64,000 bases of DNA from the NCBI RefSeq assembly GCF_009914755.1, contig NC_060933.1; one strand, 5' to 3'. The stretch comes from the human T2T-CHM13v2.0 reference genome, Homo sapiens. Below are positions 56,170-64,000 of this stretch, one piece after another (the first letter of the stretch is position 1; each line of letters begins with the position of its first letter). Made by a program: the position numbers and the translations under genes. The notes below the pieces were generated by a model. That model was not told the origin of the DNA and searched no databases. It saw nothing but the letters and a program-made list of their open reading frames with translations.

Positions 56170-58030
56170 CCATTCCATGCCATTCCACTCGGGATGATTC
56201 CATTGCTTTCCATTCCATTTGGGTTGAATCCAATCCATTCCATTCCATTTCATTCCATTCCATTCCATTCCATTGCATTGCACTAGATTTGATTCCATTC
56301 CACTGCATTCCATTCCATTCCATTCCATTCCGTTCCATTCCATTCCATTACATTCGGATTGATTGTATTCAATTCCCTTACACTCCATTTCATTCCATTC
56401 CATTCTGGTTGTTTCCATACCATTCCATTCCATTCTATTCCATTTCGTTCCATTCCATTCTATTCGGTACCATTCCATTCCATTCCATTCCATTCCATTC
56501 CATGCCATTCCACTTGGGTTGATTCCCTTCCTTTCCATTCCATTCGAGTTGATTCCATTCCATTCCATTCCATTCCATTCCATTCCATTCCATTCCATTC
56601 CTTTCCATTCCATTGCACACGGGTTGATTCCATTCCATTCTTTCTGTTCCATTCCGGATGACTCCATTCCATTGCATTCCATTCCATTCCATTCCCCTGC
56701 ACTCGGGTTCATTACATTCCATTCCTTTTACTTCCATTCCATTCCATTCCATTCAATTCCATTCTATTCGGGTTAATTCCATTCCATTCCATTCCATTCC
56801 ATTCCATTCCATTGCAATCCAGTTGATTCCATTCCATTCCATTCAATTCCGGATGATTCCATTCCATTGCCTTCAATTCCATTCCATTCCCCTGCACTCG
56901 GGTTGATTCCATTCCATTCCATTCCATTCCATTCCATTCCATTCCATTCCATTCCATTCCATTTCATTCCATTTCATTTCGTTCCATTCCATTCTATTCC
57001 GTTCCATTCCATTCCATTACATTACATTGCATTCCATTCCATTCCATTCCTTTCCATTCTATTCGGGTTAATTCCATTCCATTCCATTCCATTCCGTTCC
57101 ATTCAATTCCATTACATTCGGATTGATTCTTTTTAATTCCCTTACACTCCATTACATTCTATTCCATTCGGGTAGTTTCCATACCATTCCATTCCATTCC
57201 ACTGCATTCTATTGCACTCGGGTTGATTGATTCCATTCCATTGCATTCCATTCCATTCCATTCCATTCCGGATGATTCCATTCCATTGCATTCCTTTGCA
57301 TTCCATTCCCCTGTACTCGTGTTGATCCCATTCCATTGCATTCCATTCCATTCCATTCCATTCCATTCAATTCCGTTCCGTTCCATTCCATTCCCTTCCA
57401 TTCTGTTCAGGTTAATTCCATTCCATTCCATTCCCTTCCATTCCATTCCATTCCATTCCAATCCATTCCATGCCATTCCACTCGGGATGACTCCATTGCT
57501 TTCCATTCCATTTGGGTTGAATCCAATCCATTCCATTCCATTTCATTCCATTGCATTCCATTCCATTGCATTGCACTAGATTTGATTCCATTCCACTGCA
57601 TTCCATTCCATTCCATTCCATTCCGTTCCATTCCATTCCATTACATTCGGATTGATTGTATTCAATTCCCTTACACTCCATTTCATTCCATTCCATTCTG
57701 GTTGTTTCCATACCATTCCATTCCATTCTATTCCATTTCGTTCCATTCCATTCTATTCGGTACCATTCCATTCCATTCCATTCCATTCCATTCCATGCCA
57801 TTCCACTTGGGTTGATTCCCTTCCTTTCCATTCCATTCGAGTTGATTCCATTCCATTCCATTCCATTCCATTCCATTCCATTCCTTTCCATTCCATTGCA
57901 CACGGGTTGATTCCATTCCATTCTTTCTGTTCCATTCCGGATGACTCCATTCCATTGCATTCCATTCCATTCCATTCCCCTGCACTCGGGTTCATTACAT
58001 TCCATTCCTTTTACTTCCATTCCATTCCAT
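56170..58030 (+). repeat. Duplicated ~0.57-kb block: ~56170-56740 and ~57465-58030 (offset 1283-1293 bp)
   Basis: Shared GCACTAGATTTGATT, CTGGTTGTTTCCATA, CTTTCTGTTCC and CCTTTTACTT. ORFs 56359/57652 and 56363/57656 are offset by 1293. Confidence 0.88.
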
Positions 58031-61000
58031 TCCATTCCATTCCATTCCATTCCTGTCCATTCCATTACGGATGATTCCATTCCATTGCATTCCATTCCAT
58101 TCCATTCCCCTGTACTCGGGTTGATTCCATTCCATTCCATTCCATTCCATTCCATTGTACTCGGGTTGATTCAATTCCATTGCATTCCATTCCATTCCAT
58201 TCCATTCCATTCCGTTGCACTCCATTCCATTACATTCGGATTGATTCTATTAAACTCCCTTACTCTCCATTACATTCCATTCCATTCGGGTTGTTCCATT
58301 CCATTCCATTCCATTCCACTCCATTCCATTGCACTCGGGTTGATTCCATTCCATTCCATTCCATTCCGGATGATTCCATTCCACTGCATTCCGTTCCATT
58401 ACATTCCCCTGCACTCGCGTTGATTCCATTCCATTCCATTCCATTCCGTTGAATTCCATTCCATTACAATTCGTTCCATTCCATTCTATTCCGTACCATT
58501 CCATTCCATTCCATACCATTCCATTCCATTCCATTCCATTCCATTCCATTCCATTCTATTCGGATTAATTCCATTCCATTCCATTCCATTCCATTCTATT
58601 CCATTCCATTGCAATCGAGTTGAATCCATTGCATTTCATTCCATTCCATTCCATTCCATTCCATTCCATTCCATTCCATTCCGGAAGATTCCATTCCATT
58701 GCATTCCATTCCATTCCATTCCCCTGCACTCGCGTTGATTCCATTTCATTCCATTCCATTCCATTCCATTCCATTCCTTTCCGTTCCATTCCATTCCATT
58801 CCATTCAATTCCATTCCATTCCGTTCCGTTCCATTCCATTCCATTCCATTCTATTCGGGTTAATTCCATTCCATTCCATTCGATTGCAATCGAGTTGATT
58901 CCATTCCATTCCATTCCATTCCATTCCATTCCATTCCTTTCCATTCCATTACGGATGATTCCATTACATTGCATTCCATTCCCTTCCATTCGCCTGTACT
59001 CGGGTTCATTCCATTCCATTCCATTCCATTCCAATCCATGGCATTCCACTCGTGTTGATTCCATTCTTTCCATTCCATTCAAGTTGAATCCATTCCATTG
59101 CATTCCATTCCATTCGCTTCCATTCGATTGCACTCGGGTTGATTCCATTCCATTGCATTCCATTCCATTCCATTCCATTCCATTCCATTCCATTCCATTC
59201 CGTTCCATTCCATTCCATTACATACGGATTGATTCTATTCAATTCCCTTACACTCCATTACATTCCATTCCATTCGGGTAGTTTCCATTCCATTCCATTC
59301 CATTCCTCTCCCTTCCATTGCACTCGGGTTGATTCCATTCCATTGCATTCCATTCCATTCCATTCCCCTGCACTCGCGTTGATTCCATTCCATTCCATTC
59401 TATTCCATTCCATTCCCTTCCTTTCCGTTCCATTCCATTCCATTCCATTCCATTCCGTTCCGTTCCATTCCATTCCATTCCATTCTATTCGGGTTAATTC
59501 CATTCCATTCCATTCGATTGCAATCGAGTTGATTCCATTCCATTCCATTCCATTCCATTCCATTCCTTTCCATTCCATTACGGATGATTCCATTCCATTG
59601 CATTCCATTCCATTCCATTCCCCTGTACTCGGGTTGATTCCATTCCATTGCATTCCAATCCATGCCCTTCCACTCGTGTTGATTCCATTCTTTCCATTCC
59701 ATTCAAGTTGAATCCATTCCATTGCATTCCATTCCATTCGATTCCATTCGATTGCACTCGGGTTGATTCCATTCCATTGCATTCCATTCCATTCCATTCC
59801 ATTCCATTCCGTTCCATTCCATTCCATTACATTCGGATTGATTCTATTCAATTCCCTTACACTCCATTACATTCCATTCCATTCGGGTTGTTTCCATTCC
59901 ATTCCATTCCATTCCTCTCCATTCCATTGAACTCGGGTTGATTCCATTCCATTGCATTCCATTCCATTCCATTCAATTCCATTCCGTTCCATTCCATTCC
60001 ATTACATTCGGATTGATTCTATTCAACTCCCTTACTCTCCATTACATTCCATTCCATTCGGGTTGTTCCAATCCATTCCATTCCATTCCACTCCATTCCA
60101 TTGCACTCGGGTTTATTCCATTCCATTCCATTCCATTGCATTCCATTCCATTCCATTCCCCTGCACTCGCGTTGATTCCATTCCATTCCATTCCATTCCA
60201 TTCCATTCCTTTCCGTTCCATTCCATTCCATTCCATTCCATTCCAATCCATTCCATTCCGTTCCGTTCCGTTCCATTCCATTCCATTCCATTCTATTCGG
60301 GTTAATTCCATTCCATTCCATTCGATTGCAATCGAGTTGATTCCATTCCATTCCATTCCATTCCATTCCATTCCATTCCATTCCTTTCCATTCCATTACG
60401 GATGATTCCATTCCATTGCATTCCATTCCATTCCATTCCCCTGTACTCGGGTTGATTCCATTCCATTCCATTCCAATCCATGCCATTCCACTCGTGTTGA
60501 TTCCATTCTTTCCATTCCATTCAAGTTGAATCCATTCCATTGCATTCCATTCCATTCGATTCCATTCGATTGCACTCGGGTTGATTCCATTACATTGCAT
60601 TCCATTCCATTCCAATCCATTCCATTCCATTCCATTCCATTCCGTTCCTTTCCATTCCATTCCATTCCATTCCATTCCGTTCCATTCCATTCCATTACAT
60701 TCGGATTGATTCTATTCAATTCCCTTACACTCCATTACATTCCATTCCATTCGGGTAGTTTCCATTCCATTCCATTCCATTCCTCTCCATTCCATTGAAC
60801 TCAGGTTGATTCCATTCCATTGCATTCCATTCCATTCCATTCAATTCCATTCCGTTCCATTCCATTCCATTACATTCGGATTGATTCTATTCAACTCCCT
60901 TACTCTCCATTACATTCCATTCCATTCGGGTTGTTCCATTGCATTCCATTCCATTCCGTTCCATTCCGGAAGATTCCATTCCATTGCATTCCATTCCATT

Positions 61001-64000
61001 CCATTCCCCTGCACTCGCGTTGATTCCATTCCATTCCATTCCATTCCATTCCATTCCCTTCAATTCCATTCCTTTCCGTTCCATTCCATTCCATTCCATT
61101 CCGTTCCGTTCCGTTCCATGCCATTCCATTCCATACTATTCGGGTTAATTCCATTCCATTCCATTCGATTGCAATCGAGTTGATTCCATTCCATTCCATT
61201 CCATTCTATTCCATTCCATTCCATTCCATTCCATTCCATTCCTCTGCACTCGCGTTGATTCCATTCCATTCCACTCCATTCCATTCCATTCCATTCCTTT
61301 CGGTTCCATTCCATTCCATTCCATTCCATTCCATTCCATTCAATTCCGTTCCGTTCCATTCCATTCCATTCCATTCTATTCGGGTTAATTCCATTCCATT
61401 CCATTCGATTGCAATCGAGTTGATTCCATTCCATTCCATTCCATTCCATTCCATTCCTTTCTATTCCATTACGGATGATTCCATTCCATTGCATTCCATT
61501 CCATTCCATTCCCCTGTACTCGGTTTGATTCCATTCCCTTCCATTCCAATCCATGCCATTCCACTCGTGTTGATTCCATTCTTTCCATTCCATTCAAGTT
61601 GAATCCATTCCATTGCATTCCATTCCATTCCATTCCCCTGCAGTCGTGTTGATTCCATTCCGTTCCATTCCATTCCATTCCATTCCATTCCATTCCGTTC
61701 CGTTCCATTCCATTCCATTCCATTCTATTCGGGTTAATTCCATTCAATTCCATTCCATTCCATTCCATTCCATTCCATTCAGTTCCATTCCATTCCATTC
61801 CATTCCATTCCATTCCGTTCCGTTCCGTTCCGTTCCATTCCATTCCATTCCATTCCATTCCATTCCCCTGCACTCGCGTTGATTCCATTCCATTCCATTC
61901 CATTCCATTCCGTTCCGTTCCGTTCCGTTTCATTCCATTCCATTCCATTCCATTCCGTTCCGTTCCATTCCATTCCATTCCATTCTATTCGGGTTAATTC
62001 CATTCCATTCCATTCGATTGAAATCGAGTTGATTCCATTCCATTCCATTCCATTCCATTCCATTCCATTCCTTTCCATTCCATTACGGATGATTCCATTC
62101 CATTGCATTCCATTCCATTCCATTCCCCTGTACTCGGGTTGATTCCATTCCATTCCATTCCAATCCATGCCATTCCACTCGTGTTGATTCCATTCTTTCC
62201 ATTCCATTCAAGTTGAATCCATTCCATTGCATTCCATTCCATTGGATTCCATCCGATTGCACTCGGGTTGATTCCATTCCATTGCATTCCGTTCCATTCC
62301 ATTCCATTCCATTCCATTCAATTCCGTTCCATTCCATTACATTCGGATTGACTCTATTCAATTCCCTTACACTGCATTACATTCCATTCCATTCGGGTAG
62401 TTTCCATTCCATTCCATTCCATTCCTCTCCATTCCATTGCACTCAGGTTGATTCCATTCCATTGCATTCCATTCCATTCCATTCAATTCCATTCCGTTCC
62501 ATTCCATTCCATTCCGTTCCATTCCATTCCATTCCGGAAGATTCCATTCCATTGCATTCCATTCCATTCCATTCCCCTGCACTCGCGTTGATTCCATTCC
62601 ATTCCACTCCATTCCATTCCATTCCATTCCTTTCCGTTCCATTCCACTCCATTCCATTCCATTCCATTCCATTCCATTCCGTTCCGTTCCATTCCATTCC
62701 ATTCCATTCTATTCGGGTTAATTCCATTCCATTCCATTCGATTGCAATCGAGTTGATTCCATTCCATTCCATTCCATTCCATTACGGATGATTCCATTCC
62801 ATTGCATTCCATTCCATTCCATTCCCCTGTACTCGGGTTGAATCCATTCCCTTCCATTCCAATCCATGCCATTCCACTCCTGTTGATTCCATTCTTTCCA
62901 TTCCATTCAAGTTGAATCCATTCCATTGCATTCCATTCCATTCCATTCCCCTGCAGTCGGGTTGATTCCATTGCATTCCATTCCATTCCATTCCATTCCA
63001 TTCCATTCCGTTCCGTTCCGTTCCATTCCATTCCATTCTATTCGGTTTAATTCCATTCCATTCCATTCCATTCCATTCCATTCCATTCCATTCCATTCCA
63101 ATCGAGTTGATTCCATTCCATTCCATTCCATTCCATTCCACTCCATTCCAGTCCTTTCCATTCCATTCCACTCGGGTTGATTCCATTCTATTCCTTTCCA
63201 TTCCATTCCATTCCATTGCAATCGAGTTGATTCCATTGCTTTGCATTCCATTCCATTCCATTCCATTCCGGATGATTCCATTCCATTGCATTCCATTCCA
63301 TTCCATTCCCCTGCACTCGGGTTGATTTCATTCCATTCCACTCCGTTCCATTCCATTCCATTCCATTCCATTGTATTCGGGTTAATTCCATTCCATTCCA
63401 TTCCAGTCCTTTCCATTCCATTCCACTCGGGTTGATTCCATTCTATTAGTTTCCTTTCCATTCCATTCCCTTCCATTCCACTCTGGCTGATTCCATTCCT
63501 TTCCATTCCACTCGAATACATTCCCTCCTATTCCACTCGGAACGATTCCGTTCCATTCCATTCCATTCCATTCCATTCCATTTCATTCCATTCCATTCCA
63601 TTCCATTCCATTTCGTTCCATTCCATTCTATTCCGTACCATTCCATTCCATTCCATTCCATTCCACTCGTGTTGATTCCATTCATTTCCATTCCATTCGG
63701 TTTGAAGGCATTCCATTCCATTCAATTCCATTCCATTCCATTCCATTCCATTCCATTCCATTCCAATCCATTCCATTCCATTGTACTCGGGTTGATTCCA
63801 TTCCATTGCATTCCATTCCATTCCATTCCATTCCATTCCGTTGCTTTCCATTCCATTACATTCGGATTGATTCTATTCAACTCCCTTACTCTCCATTACA
63901 TTCCATTCCATTCGGGTTGTTCCATTCCATTCCATTCCATTCCACTCCATTCCATTGCACTCGGGTTGATTCCATTCCATTCCATTCCATTCCATTCCAT
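58030..64000 (+). repeat. HSat3 sequence domain A' (return to domain A vocabulary)
   Basis: ACGGATGATT reappears at ~58067 and CCGGAAGATT at 58681. CAAGTTGAAT modules occur at ~59080, 59704, 60522, 61595, 62209 and 62908. The CGAATAC marker is at 63513. Confidence 0.75.

Larger units (their letters stand above)
35200..58030 (+). repeat. HSat3 sequence domain B (distinct variant vocabulary)
   Basis: Enriched for CCATGCCATTCCACTCGGGTTTATT, CGGGTTGAAT, TGGGTTGAAT (first at 35291), GCACTAGGTTTGATT (first at 35366), CGGGTGGATT, CCGTATGATT, GCACACGGGTTCATT, CGAGTTGAACCC and CTATTAGGGTTAATT. Lacks the CAAGTTGAAT, CGAATAC and CAACTCCCTTACTCT markers of domain A. Boundaries are approximate (about +/-200 bp). 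Confidence 0.75.
1..64000 (+). repeat. Human Satellite 3 (HSat3/SatIII) pericentromeric-type tandem array, C-rich (CATTC)n strand on +
   Basis: Continuous CCATT pentamers from first to last base. They are interrupted every few tens of bp by CACTCGGGTTGATT, GCAATCGAGTTGATT, CTATTCGGGTTAATT and CCGGATGATT. The (ATTCC)n plus ACTCGGGTTG pattern is the established Satellite 3 signature. The CATTCGATTC-rich pattern typical of HSat2 is only sporadic. Confidence 0.98.

Noticed and set aside
12-63851. Hundreds of ORFs encoding (IPFHS)n or (MEWNG)n, including 37585..39102 (505 aa)
   Set aside because: A CATTC/GAATG pentamer has no stop codon in any frame, and the - strand has an ATG every 5 bp. Long overlapping ORFs in all six frames are therefore expected. 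There is no domain, promoter, splice structure or codon signal. Translation of SatIII RNA cannot be inferred from sequence.
1-64000. CRISPR-like repeat/spacer appearance of recurring decamers
   Set aside because: The intervening sequence is the same pentamer in variable copy number rather than unique spacers, and there are no cas genes or leader.
1-64000. Assignment as HSat2, alpha satellite or telomeric repeat
   Set aside because: CATTCGATTC is rare, there is no 171-bp alphoid monomer and no TTAGGG array. The isolated CTATTAGGGTTAATT hits are single-base variants of CTATTCGGGTTAATT.
1-64000. Transposon insertion or inversion breakpoint
   Set aside because: No Alu/L1/LTR sequence, poly(A) tail, target-site duplication or switch to GGAAT on + was seen anywhere.
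1-64000. Strict whole-window periodicity such as the ~3.5-kb DYZ1 unit or a 1.8-kb unit
   Set aside because: Marker spacings are irregular. Only local duplications with different offsets are present.

Overview
The whole 64-kb window is primate (human-type) classical Satellite 3 (HSat3/SatIII). It is a degenerate (CATTC)n/(GAATG)n pentamer array interrupted by the diagnostic ACTCGGGTTG-type decamer and related variants. The C-rich strand is on + throughout; I saw no inversion, no transposon insertion and no unique sequence. None of the listed ORFs is a credible gene: they are (IPFHS)n/(MEWNG)n read-throughs of a pentamer that has no stop codon in any frame. The real information is in the variant pattern. 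There are three compositional domains (A ~1-35.2 kb, B ~35.2-58.0 kb, A' ~58.0-64 kb). There is a near-perfect recent 6,082-bp tandem duplication (42356-48437 / 48438-54519), plus several older nested duplications, fixed-length internal modules (60 bp and a 175-bp dimer) and an ~8-kb stretch with no pentamer register shift. About 25 perfect three-unit heat-shock elements (ATTCC-GGAAG-ATTCC) occur and are strongly depleted in domain B. A module matching my recollection of the chr9 SatIII (pHuR98) primer site suggests 9q12, which needs verification. I found no evidence for a new protein-coding or prokaryotic-type system. The best candidate for undescribed biology is a domain-structured transcription-factor-site code (HSF1 sites on a TEAD-motif background). 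All counts and coordinates were read by eye and may be off by a few bases or miss some copies.
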